This document shows positions 1 to 11,269 of a DNA stretch of 64,000 bases, in pieces. The translations under genes were made by a program, and so were the position numbers. This stretch comes from the human T2T-CHM13v2.0 reference genome, Homo sapiens. The notes under the pieces were generated by a model that did no database searches, had not been told where the DNA came from, and saw only the letters and a list, made by a program, of their open reading frames with translations. The DNA lies in the NCBI RefSeq assembly GCF_009914755.1, contig NC_060934.1, one strand, 5' to 3'. Each line of letters opens with the position of its first letter. Within the stretch, counting starts at the first letter, position 1.

Positions 1-382
1 GCTACAGTTCTCATCATGAAGACAGAAAAACACAAGCATGTGGGAACCAGCTACAGGATCCATGGACCAAACAGCACATTGTAGCAAAGGGTTAAAAAAG
101 AACTGGACATGTGAAATGTCCAGGGCCAGGCCCTGGGTCTCCCTAACACTGGATCCCTTGTGCGATGAGATAACATGAGTGAGGTAGTGGATGTTTCTGG
201 ATCCTGCTCCACCTCTTTCCATCAATCCACACTGAGCACCATCCCAACATAAATGAGGGCGAGCCCGGCTGCATTAGAGCAGGCCCTGCTCTTGGCTGGG
301 GCGACGGCACGCTCACCACACAGTATTCCAAAGGTGAGTCCATAAACTCTGTCCCCAGAGTGCCATTTGATGATGACCTCAC

Positions 383-521
383 CTTGGAAGGTCTATTTTG
401 AGTATCCAAGAGTCTCCCTTGCACAGTCGTTGTATAACCTCCTGCGCTTGCTGCTAAAGAGTTTTCTGTCTCCAAAAATAATCTCCAAATGATGGTTAAC
501 ACGACCCTGGCATAATTCATC
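383..521 (-). other. Candidate spliced exon (139 nt) of an unidentified minus-strand transcript
   Basis: Minus strand acceptor ctccctttcacttatttgtacag|GATG and donor CCAAG|gtgagg; non-repetitive sequence; no recognisable protein homology. Confidence 0.4.
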
Positions 522-1016
522 CTGTACAAATAAGTGAAAGGGAGCTAATGCCCAACTCCTGGCACAGCCACAGAGCGGGCGTTGGAAGTGGAGGTGGCCA
601 TGACTTCAATCCTTGGCAGAGGGCTGCAGATTGGATGGGGAGCCAGGCGAGAGGCAAGAACACCATGCCCAAGGCGCCTGGCATGGGCATTTCCTTCTGG
701 ACGGGGCCAGGGAACAGTTTGAGGCTCCTCCACTATTCCACATAGAGCTTTGAGTGTCTGTCACCTGAACTGGCCACACTACCATCCCTGAATGTCACCA
801 CGACTTTACTTTTTAAAGAGCTTCTTAATGGGTAGCTGAGCACCAGGTTGCAGTCACCACATTGTATTCCCTGACCCTTAATTCTGAGAATAGCATCTCT
901 CATGTCCAACTTAGTCCTATCATTGACCACAGAGAGATACCAAGTATCATTAGTCAAGGTTCTACCCTAGATACAGTTTTATTGGAGGATGATTTTTAGG
1001 AGTAGAACTGCATTAC

Positions 1017-1111
1017 CTTGTGCAAAGAGAGGGATGTTGTGGGCCCCTGGCTTTCTTCACATGTTCCTTCTCCTACTCATTCAGGGTCTGGTTTATCCGA
1101 AACATTTGAAC
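1017..1111 (-). other. Candidate spliced exon (95 nt) upstream of 383-521
   Basis: Acceptor ccatcctccagctctttgcag|GTTC and donor ACAAG|gtaatg; 495-nt intron to the next candidate exon; a stop in every frame. Confidence 0.4.
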
Positions 1112-1164
1112 CTGCAAAGAGCTGGAGGATGGACGAGGTTACTGAACATCTTCAGTGTCTCATA

Positions 1165-1262
1165 AATCTTTGCAACAGTCCTGGAAGTGATCGTTAGTAT
1201 ACTCACTTTGCAGACGAGGAGACTGAGTCCTGGAGGTCAAATAACTTGCTCTACGTCACCAC
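1165..1262 (-). mobile_element. MIR SINE fragment
   Basis: ttgcagacgaggagactgag...taacttgc...gtcac matches reverse of MIR core. Confidence 0.7.
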
Positions 1263-1569
1263 ACCGTAAAGGGGACAAATCTTCACAGTTTACTTGTTGG
1301 CCATGGTCTATATGACCTTGGCATTCTCCCTCATGCTGAAGCTGGAAAAGAGAATCAGTTCAGAGGGAGATAGGAATGATGGGGGCTAGCCCAATGATGA
1401 CCGAAGGTGCCAAGAAAGCTTCCAGGGCAGCCCAAAGTCAGGCCCTGGAGATGGTTCAGAGCCAACCCCAGGTTCATAAACCTCTGAACTGCAGCACATT
1501 CTGACTTTAAAGGATTGATCCTTCCTTAGACTTTGGAGACGTTGGCCCATGAGGGAGGCAGAGCCATGT

Positions 1570-1725
1570 GCTGGAAAGCTCAGGGTCTGGGGTCGGGTCC
1601 AGCCTCATGATTTACTAGCTGGGAGACTCTGGGCATGTTGCTGGACCCCTCTGTGCATGGGAGGATCCATCTCCTCATGCAGAAAATGAACACGGTGTTC
1701 TCTATCTGTTACCGTTGTTGAGAGA
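1570..1725 (+). mobile_element. MIR SINE fragment
   Basis: tttactagctgggagactctgggcatgtt...cctcatgcagaaaatg resembles MIR core. Confidence 0.55.
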
Positions 1726-2689
1726 CCCTGCCTTGTGCTGGGCCACTCTTCTTCCTCATGCCACCCGTGTAGACAGTGGCATGCTCACACTGAGCTGCTC
1801 ACTCACCACTCACTGCACTTGGAGGTGCTGAAGCCAAGTGGAAAATGTGGGCTTTCCCCACAGAGCTTTCCTTGTTTGAGTGAACTGAATCTTTATTTTC
1901 TTTTACAAGCAAAGAGCTTTTCATTAATTTGTGCCAGACCATTTAATATATTCTACAGTGTTCTTGTTTCACTTAATTTTCTGGATTTCCAAGAAAGCTT
2001 TAGGATTTGGTTTGGTGAGAGGCCTTGAAGGGACTCAAAGAAATAAGAAAAATTAGAAACAATGTATTCACAACAAGACTTCAGTTTAAGGATTTCACCA
2101 AGGAATAAGTACAATGAGATGTATGTGGGGATTTTCCTCAGAAGTCACGATCTTGGTTTTTTCTAGACAATATAAGATTGATAAGAGCTGAAGCCAGAAA
2201 TTCAACCATAAAAAAAATTTTTCTGTTTGTTATATTATAAATCATCAATCAGCAGTTAAAGCCCTGGATAGCAGGGAAAGAGACGCTTTTGAAGAAACTT
2301 TCACTGTAACCCACTTAAAAGTCACCTGGGAATGCTGCAACCTGGTGGGAAGGGTGTTTGCACTGAGAGCCAAGTTCATGTTTCTGGATTAGGTGAGAGT
2401 ATTGATGCACTGGCAGCTCTGGTGATTTGTCTGAGGTTCAGAGATAGTGAGAGGATCTAGCAGACCCAGCAGATTCCAAAAACCTTCATGGCAGAGAGGG
2501 AGGGAGAAAGATCAGAAGAAACCAATGGGATCCTGCTGGGGTCGGGGGAGGGGGAGAGGGGACTTAGCTTTCCTATGGTAGGCATCTCCCAGGGCTGCCA
2601 TCTCCCAGGGCTGCTTCCAAGATTACAGTGACAGAGCACAGCACAGAGAAGAGCTTTCCTGCACCAGGCTCAGTGGGGGCAGGGCAGTG

Positions 2690-2925
2690 GGATCTGAGAC
2701 CAGACCCTGCAGATGTGTGGCCTCCAGCAAGCTTCTGTCCTCTCTGAGCATTGGTTTCCTCAGCCACAAAATGGGACTAAGAATAGACCCTGTCTTAGAG
2801 GAGCTGTGTTAAGATCTGACACTTGCTGGGTGACCCATCAGAGATAAAAATCCACACATGTGATTAGTAATATGATGCCCACTGAGAATGTTAGCATGCA
2901 ACACAAATAAATATTATTGTTATCA
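2690..2925 (+). mobile_element. MIR SINE fragment
   Basis: cctctctgagcattggtttcctcagccacaaaatggg...aataaatatt. Confidence 0.6.
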
Positions 2926-3152
2926 TTTGCACGAAGTAGGTGTATATGCTGGAGCAGCTGTACTTAAGTCCAGAAATAAGAAGATATTTGATCTGAGGAC
3001 TCAGGAGAGAGCATGGCTGCTGCATAGATGGTGCCTTCCATCGCTTGGCATAGGGAAGCCCAGCCAAAGCCTGTGTCTTGGGCAGCCGGGGAGCTCTCAG
3101 GATGGCTTGAAATCTCCCACATGGCCTGGGCCTGTTCTCCTTCCCCTCCAGG

Positions 3153-3345
3153 TAGGGTTATCAGATAAATTAAAGAAATACATAATTAAATTAGAATTTC
3201 AGAGATGTAACAAATACTTTTTTAACATAAGTATAGCTTAGGCAATATTTGGGATATACTTATACTAAACATTTATTTGTCATTTATCCAAAATTCAAAT
3301 GCAATGAACATTCTATCTTTTTATTTGCTAAATGTGGAAACCCTT
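3153..3345. mobile_element. MER53 palindromic hAT DNA transposon (MITE)
   Basis: Termini tagggtt.../...aaccct; internal arms taagtata/tatactta; tttatttgctaaat end; 8-bp TSD cctccagg (3145-3152) / cctccagt (3346-3353). Confidence 0.85.
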
Positions 3346-4227
3346 CCTCCAGTTGGCCACTTGCCACTTAACTGACTTGTTATGATATTTTTGTTATAAT
3401 TTTTTTCTGATTATGAAAATAATGCACTCTTATTACAGAAAATCTTTAAAAATACTAATAAATAAGAAAGAAATAATAACTCATATGTAATACCATTAAC
3501 TGATAATTGAAAGGCTGCAGTATTTGAAAATACTTAAAAATTATGGCCTAATTCTTGAATTTTACATGATTGAGATGCTACTTTATGTGTAGGCTTATAT
3601 GTTTCTTTGGTTTAGCATTATACCATGATCTCCCTGTCATTAAATTTTTTTCTCCGCTGGATTCTGTCATCTGGCACAGCAGCTTTCTCTTTTTACTGAA
3701 AAAGTTGGTGGTTTTCAATATGTGTATCTCTGTGCATAAAACTCTGTCCACACCTCTTCAGTTGATCTCTCAAGTGGCTTTTAAAATTATTCCTATATAT
3801 ATATAATGAATAATCTGAAAGTGATGACATTTAATATCTCATGGTGACTTTTTTCTACAGCTCTCCTGGGTGCAGTCAAAGCTTCACTCCCTACGCCCTA
3901 CTGAACTATCAGCTGACTGATTCCCACTTGTCCATGCCCCAGGACCCCACAGAAGCTCCACATGCTTCCACAAGCTGATGCACCAGTTCCAAGAGGAGGA
4001 AGAAAAGCTGGCACTCAGCCTTTATTTCTCCCCAAACACCACAGTCATTCAATTCTGAAAAAAAAAAACAAAAACCCCATTGCTTTGAAAAACATAAAAT
4101 GAGATCTATCAAACAGCATCTTGTATTTTAAAGTGGAAAGAATGGACTTTGGAATCATCTTTGGCAGCTAATAGGCTGGGACACGCAGAGAAAGAGCTTG
4201 CCTGCCTCTGCAGACATTCCTTGGACG

Positions 4228-4420
4228 AGTGGTTCTAAATCCCAGCTACACACTCAAATAGCTGCAGGAGGTTTAAAAACTGTCAAATCTCCCAGCCCCT
4301 GCCCAGCCCAGTCAATATTTATCTCAGGAGGAGGAGCCCTAAAACCAGTGTCTTTTCACAGAGCTCCCTACATGACTTTGATGTGTGGCCAGGTGATATC
4401 TCCTGAGTTCGGGGACACTG
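4228..4420. mobile_element. MER5-family (hAT-Charlie) element
   Basis: agtggttct start and gacactg end; internal gagctccc...tgtgtggccagg. Confidence 0.55.
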
Positions 4421-5195
4421 ATGCTATCACTCACACCTAGTCAAATGAGAGGAGTCGGGGATGACAGAAGAATGCAGGCAACTTACCTACCTGAAGCTGG
4501 GGCCTCAAGGTCACCATGCCCTTGAGTGAGCCCTGTATGGGTCTACCTTGTGTCTGATGGTTCTCAGCAGGCACAGCTTCTCTTCAGGGCTTCTGCCGAC
4601 ATCTTCCCTGCATGTGGAAAATGGCCTGGGGTCCCCTTAGACTCAGCTCATGTCCTCCCCTTTGCTCAGGTTCCCTCTGAGTCCCAGTACCCGCCCATGC
4701 TGCAGACCTCCTCATGACTCCTTCCTCCCTGAGGCCTGGCCATCTGCACACCCCCATCCTATCCTGTCAGCTTGTTTTTTGTCTCTTTGGTGACCAGACA
4801 TGAACCCCTCAAGGCTGTTCCCTCCACATCCCCAGCGCTCAGTTTCAGGCCAGCCCAGGGCAGGATGCACCTCGTGCAGACCAAGGGAAAGAGCCAGCAG
4901 CTGCTTCACATGAGCCTGTCCTCCTCTGCACCTGAAGAGAATCTTTGGAAGGCCAGCGCCCCCACTTGTCCTGAAGGTGGAGGGGCTGTTCCCTCTAGCC
5001 CACACCTGTCATTCTAGGACTAACTTTCACTTTTTGGAAGCCAGAGCCACTCCCGACCATTCAGGGCCTTTCAGCATTCGGAAGGGACAGTGACTCCTCC
5101 TTAGATACCACATGTAGGACAGGAGGGAAGTTCAAGAGTGGTGTCAAGGGCCAGAGACAGGGAAGCTGGGGGGTCTGAAAGAAGCTTCCAGGAGA

Positions 5196-5555
5196 TGTCT
5201 TCACTGCAAAATACCATACACCAAGGGGCTACAGGCTAAAACAAGACATGTATTTCTCACAGTTCTGGAGGTTGGGTGTTGGGGATTAAGGTGCCAGCCA
5301 GCATGGTGGGTCCCTGGTGAGGACTCTCTTCCTGGCTCACAGATAGCCGACTTCTCACTGTGTCCTCACATGTGGGAAAGAAAGCTCTGGTCTCTTCATC
5401 CCCTCGTAAGGACTAATCCCATCATGGAGGCACCACCTTCATGACCCCATCTAACCGTAATTACCTTCTAAAGGCACCACCTCCCATAATATCACCCTGG
5501 GGCTTGGGGCTTCAACATATGGATTTGGGGGAACACAGACATTCAGTCCATAGCA
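5196..5555 (-). mobile_element. MLT1A-type MaLR solo LTR
   Basis: tatttctcacagttctggagg...ttcaacatatggatttgggggaacacagacattcagtccatagca = reverse complement of MLT1A start. Confidence 0.85.
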
Positions 5556-5879
5556 AGGCACATGGGGAAGTTGGAGCATGAGAGCAGAGGAGACACCCAC
5601 ACATCTCAGGAGAGCAGTCACGTGTTCGGAGGATGTCAAGCCACGCTGAAGGCCCCTAGCCATGCTGGGGAGAGCATGCTCTAGCCATGGAGTTGAAGAT
5701 GAGGTGGGAGTTGCCCTTGAGACCTTTCATCTAGGACCTCCCAAGTTCCATGAAGAGACAAGAGAAAACAGTAAGGGCACTGTATTCAAGGGAATGAGGG
5801 GTGATGAGTCCCTCTTGGGTTCCTCAGTAATGTCTTCCAGGACAGTCCATTGATTACACCTCTGCACCAGTCAGCGGAC

Positions 5880-5975
5880 TTTTAGTGAGCCCTGGTAATG
5901 TGCCAGATGCTGTGCTGTGAGTGAGATGTGCACATTTCCTTCCTCGTGGAGCTCACACTCTCATGGGGCAGACAC
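5880..5975 (-). mobile_element. L2 3' fragment
   Basis: atgtgccagatgctgtgctg...cctcgtggagctcacactctcatgggg. Confidence 0.55.
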
Positions 5976-6069
5976 ACAATCACACAATCGCACACATGTG
6001 CAGTGTGCAGAGCCTCCCTACAGGCTGGCCCGTGCCTTCCAGCTGCATTCACCTGATAGGAGGGCCAGC

Positions 6070-6380
6070 TGGAGACCAGAGGCTGGAGGCAGCCAGGGAG
6101 GAATGTGGGCACTGGTTTTCTGACTCCCTGCCCGCTGCATTCTCTGCAGCAGGCCCAGTTCCTGCCCAGCCCCCATGCTGCACAAGGTTCTGAGAATCAC
6201 TCCTGCCCCCACTCCATCAGGTCCCACTTAAGGTAGCTCCACTGGCTTAGAGGACCACCCCACCCCAGGGGCTTCACCTAAACCAGTCACACTTTGTAGA
6301 CAGTCCCCTCATTGAACTCTGATCAAATTACCCAATTTAAATATACCATCTGTTTCCCGCAGGGACTCTGACCGACCCAG
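6070..6380. mobile_element. Old ERVL-class LTR fragment (LTR33-like)
   Basis: tttgtagacagtcccctcattgaactctgatcaaattacccaatt...ccatctgtttcc...gggactctgac terminus. Confidence 0.5.
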
Positions 6381-7304
6381 TGACCTAGTCTAGGAGGTTA
6401 GGGAGTCTTCTGAGAAAAGGATGCTTGAGCTGAACTCTGAAGGATTAAATTCTCACTGCTTTTAATAGTAGGATCCAACATGTGTGTTTAGTCAGTAGTG
6501 GGGGTCCTGGTAAGCTTGAGCCTGCAGTGAGGGGTGCTGCAGGGGACACAGGCGAACCCATGAAGCCCCTCACCCCACCTCTTAGCCATGCCTGGCCAGG
6601 GAGGGCATCACTAGACCCAGGCTCAGCTATAAGAAAGAGCAAGAACCAACAAACATTTCTTAAGCACCACTCCGGGGCCAGGCCGTGTGCTGGGCCTGAA
6701 CGCTTCTCATAGGTGACGTGGAGACCTGGGGGTGGCTGCCATCTGGTGCTCTGGGTTTTGAGGGGTGCTCTCTGAAAGACCAAGCTGAGCAGCAGGAGGC
6801 CCAGAAATGGGGGCTCCCATTAGACATTGTGGCCAGTCTCACAGCACAGCCAGAAGGGCCAGCACTGCAGGGAGGGGAGCAGAGGGGAGGATGTGCTCTT
6901 TGGCCAGGCGAAAGCCTGGTCCCCAGGACTGAGGTCCTAGAGAATCAGGGATGCAGGAGAATGATGAAGAGAGAGGTCTCAAGGCCAAAGACAATAAGGT
7001 GAACTGTCAGAAAGTCTGGGAGAAAGATGATTTGAGGGTGACCCGAGAGGCTTGCTGTCAAATGTCCCAAGATCGGACAGTCGAGCAAGGCAGCATGATG
7101 GAAGGAATCTAGCCCTGTCCATCCACATAAGCCCAATTGCAAGTGCACTGTTGGAGTCATGAAAAATGTAATGTCTAGTTCTGGTGTGAGCAGGGCCACT
7201 CTCTTCCAAAGATACTCCCATGGGAACAGAAAAAAAGGGTAGAAGCCCGAAGAGCCATAAAAGGCAGCAAGGTCAGGAAGCCACCAGAATGTCAGTGAGA
7301 TGTT

Positions 7305-7617
7305 TAATTTTGAAAATCAATTAATGTAATGTGTCATATCAACAGATCGAAGGGAGAAAGTCCATGCTCAGGTTTATAGATGCAAAGATCTGTTTGATAA
7401 AATTCAACATCCACTCATGACTTAATAAAGAAACAAAACCTATGGCAAATCACATGTAAAAGTGTTTAAGATATTCCCTTTAATATCAGAAAAGTGGCAA
7501 GAATGCCTTCTTTTATCTTTTCAATGCTGTAATGCATTAAAGGGCTTAGGCAGTGCAATAAGAAGAAAAAAGAAATAAAAGAGAGATTGGAAAGCAATAA
7601 TCAAAGGTGTCATTATT
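7305..7617 (+). mobile_element. L1M ORF2 (RT region) fragment
   Basis: Degenerate KSINV..HINR / FDKIQHP / AIR..KEIK codons (tttgataaaattcaacatcc, gcaataagaagaaaaaagaaataaaag). Confidence 0.8.
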
Positions 7618-8005
7618 TGAGGCAGATAGATAATTGAAAGTACCTCTGATTGGTTGCAGCAGACAATCAGATGTTTGCATAGAGTAAGTTTGTAACTTCA
7701 GCCTCTGGTTGCTTTCCAAAACAATTAGACTGATTGCCGGCCACCACTTCATTTACATGGGGTGAACACCAAGTGGCCAATGGGAAACCTCTAGGGGATA
7801 TTTGGACCCCGGAAGATACTGTAACCGAGGCCCTTGAGCTGCTGCTCTGGCCCACTCCCACCCTGTGGCATGTACTTTCATTTTCAATAAATTTCTACTT
7901 TTGCTGCTTCAGTCTTTCCTTGCTTTGCTGTGTGTTTTGTTCAATTCTTTGTTCAAAACACCAAGAACCTAGACAACTTGCAGTCGATACCCTCTACAGT
8001 TAACA
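7618..8005 (+). mobile_element. MER51-type ERV1 LTR
   Basis: aattgaaagtacctctgattgg, ccaccacttcatttacatggggtgaacaccaagtggccaatgggaaacctctagg, aataaa, ends taaca. Confidence 0.8.
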
Positions 8006-8305
8006 AGCTGGGGAATGCTCCTTCCAGGGTCCCAAGGTCCTTGCCTGGCTGAGCTTCTGGTGGCTGCCAGCATTCCTCGGCTTGTGGCCGCATCACTCCA
8101 TTCTCCATCTCCATGGTCACATCACTTCTTTTCTGTCTGTTTTCAGCCTCCCTCTGCCTCTCTTATAAAGACATTTGTGATGCATTTAGGGCATACCTGG
8201 TTACTACAGGATAATCCCCCTTATCAAACTCCTTAACCTAATCACATCTGGAATACATTGTTTTTGCCTAGAAATTCATATTCACAGGTTGCAGGGGTTA
8301 GGACC
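8006..8305 (-). mobile_element. MLT1D/C-type MaLR LTR (partial)
   Basis: agcttctggtggctgccagcattcctcggcttgtggccgcatcactcc...ttaacctaatcacatctg. Confidence 0.75.
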
Positions 8306-8519
8306 TTCTCAGGCACCAAATGATAAGAAATCATCTTTCTGAGTAACCCACATGGAGTGGCCGCTGGGTCCTAGAGGTGCCGTTGGCCTGACAGCAGAAC
8401 TCAGGGACTCTTAATGCCCTTGCAAAATGAATGCATTTGCATGTGGGAAGGTCTCTTGGAGTCTGCCTTAGCTCCTCTCACACAAGGTAGCAGACCTGGC
8501 CACCTTCCTCACTTGGACA

Positions 8520-8892
8520 GAGAGCCCTGGGGAGCTCTCAAAAAGTAGCCAGGCCCTAGATCAATTCAGTCAGGACCAGTGGGGGTGGGGTCCCTGCACC
8601 AATAGGTTGTTTAACCTTCCCAGGTGATTCTGCTGTTCAGGCAGGGCTGGGAACCATGAACCAGGTGGACATTAATGTCCCTTGCAGGTGAGACATTTGA
8701 CAAATAAGCAGAAATGGAGCCAGGGTCTCCACTCTGGCTCCACATCAGCATCCCCCAGGGTAGGGACATTGAAAAGACAGGTTTCTGCTCCCTCCCCAAG
8801 GCAGGTGATCTAATTGGTCTGGGTGTGACCTGGACATCAGGACCTTCAAATTTTCCCAGTGATTTCCACGTGCACCCAGGTTGAGAACGCTG
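8520..8892. mobile_element. Two adjacent MER5A-type fragments (~8520-8658, ~8725-8892)
   Basis: cccaggtgattctg...gggctgggaacc and cccagtgatttccacgtgcacccaggttgagaac ends. Confidence 0.55.
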
Positions 8893-8949
8893 CGGCCCAT
8901 AAAAGGGAGCCTTACACTGTCACTGCTATTGCAAAGGACAATTATCAGA

Positions 8950-9150
8950 CCTGGGGAGACCTTCCTGATTCTGAGTTTCCAAACCACAGAACAGCTTGTT
9001 CAGGGAGACTGTGGAAGTCATTTCTCTAGAAATCTTGACTGATTCAGGAGGTTTCTAGCTGTCAGAGGATTTAGCTATGGTTCTGCTGTATGAAGGTGGA
9101 GGCATGGATTAGGTGATTTTCAAAATACCCTACAACTTCTTGAGTTTATG
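8950..9150 (+). mobile_element. L3/CR1 LINE 3' end
   Basis: cagggagactgtggaagtcatttctctagaaatctt and atggattaggtga...ccctacaac...tttatga match CR1 3' terminus. Confidence 0.55.
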
Positions 9151-10334
9151 AAAAGTGATATCATGCCTCCCCTTGATAGATTCCTTCACCATTTAGACAA
9201 AGAATATAAAAAGAATTAAAATAACCCAATGAATTCAGGATTGTGGAAAATGTCATTACTGGTAATGAAAATTACAGGAAGTCTTGCTGGCGCTTGCTCC
9301 CTCCCCAAAACTAACATGAGAACATGTTTTTTCTTCTGATGCAATAATTAAGTTTGCCCAAGAAAATGTCTCTGTGCGCACCTCAGGGCAGGGGCTAAAT
9401 GAAGCCTTTAACTAAACGATAAATGTGATCGTCTCCATGGACTGAACCCTGCCAGGGCAGACTGGCTTCCCAAGTGGATTAATTAACTCTTAGCAGCCCT
9501 GTGCTGGGAGGCTCTACAGAAGGGATTTGAGATTCCTGAGGCCCAGAAAGATGACTTTATTAAGAAATGGAAGACATTTGGGGTGACTTCTGTAGCTGGT
9601 GGCAGCCACAGTTCTAGGATCAGAGCCTAGAAGTCAAGACCTCAAGATGGAAATAACAGTTCAAAGGCAGTCTCATCAGATAGCACTGGGAGGAAGACAC
9701 AGATTGGTTCAGCACTGAGCACAGACGATGTGTCTACCCTGTGTGTCTCCCTGCTCTCAGGAGGTCATGCTGTAGTGGAGGACAGATCTCAATGCAGGAG
9801 TCTCCCAGCTGGGTGGGGATGGGTGTGCTCAGAGCACTGACCCAGACTGGGGCTGGGATGGGTGGCATCTGGCTGGAGAGCTGAAGACTGGGAGGAAGTA
9901 AAACAGGGCTCGGAGCCGGGAAGTGGATGCACAGGCCACAGTAGAAGCAGATCATTTACTCAGTTGCAGAACACGCAATGAAGGTTTAGCCTCACTAGCA
10001 ATCAATGAAACAAAAAATTAAAAGCCTCTTGCAGAGTCATTTTTCTCCTCTGGAAGAATACTCAAGGGATGAGCGGGGTGTAATGAACTGGTACTGGTTC
10101 TCCCTGTCTTGAGGGTGAAAGTGTGAACCATCATGAACCTTCCAAAAAATAATTTGGCATTCTGTGTCAGGCCCAGATGTATCTTGCAACTAATTATTTT
10201 CACTCATGAGAATTTATTCCAAGAAGCAATCCACCTTCCAAAGGCTTTATGCCCTGCACTGCTATTTATAAGAGTTGTCAGCAGAAGCCAAACCCTTCTC
10301 CTGCCAGCACATAGAAATAACCTTTATGCCCCCA

Positions 10335-10610
10335 GCTAGGTGTACATGTATTCCACATAAGGGATATTATTAGGCTATGAATATAAAATGTATGAAGACA
10401 TAAAAAATGCCAATGATACAAAAATATTAAATGTGACATGCAACATAAAAACTATATTTATTTGGGAACAACTAGGTAAAAATAAAAGAGGCTGCACTGA
10501 AAAAAAAGAAATTATTCTTTGTTAAAGTTATACTACTAGCAACTATTATTTTCCTCTTTATTTTCTATATTTTCTAAATTGTCTATATGAGTATTATTTT
10601 ATAATAAAAA
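10335..10610 (+). mobile_element. Old L1ME-type 3' end
   Basis: AT-rich; ttttctatattttctaaattgtctatatgagtattattttataat terminus. Confidence 0.5.
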
Positions 10611-10930
10611 GAGTTTGTTTTGTTTAAAGAAAAGGTTAATTCTGTTTTAGTTGCTAAATGGGAGCCATGACTCATTACTGTGGTCCTTATTTTTGTCGCA
10701 GCTGGTCAAGTGATTTTTAACAACCAGCCCCAGCCACCACCCCTACACACACAAACACACATGCCTCCTATCAGGAGAACATGCCTGTGGAATGTTGTAG
10801 AGTCACTCTGATTGAGGTAGTAGGATGACAGCAGAAAACAGTATTTCATCCCCTTTCTCTCTGGCACACGCTTGCACATGCCAGGCACTTAAAAAGGGTC
10901 TGGCTTTCAGTAAAATTGATTATTACCATT

Positions 10931-11264
<334 letters not shown>

Positions 11265-11269
11265 TAAAA

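Noticed and set aside
430-510. GRVNHHLEIIFG…LYNDC resemblance to cystatin exon 2 (GVNYFLDVELG…LDNC)
   Set aside because: No QxVxG motif or first Cys; exon length and phase differ; no PW-containing next exon seen
764-967. Open minus-strand frame (…NDTWYLSVVNDRTKLDMRDAILRIKG…) as an extra exon between the two candidates
   Set aside because: Would need a ~49-nt intron after 1017, and joining to 521 creates an immediate stop; no recognisable homology
5656-5692. p53 response element around the palindrome agagcatgctct
   Set aside because: Only one perfect half-site; neighbours have mismatches and non-zero spacing
9708-9725. REST/RE1-like TTCAGCAC…ACAG
   Set aside because: Critical CC and GGACAG positions mismatched
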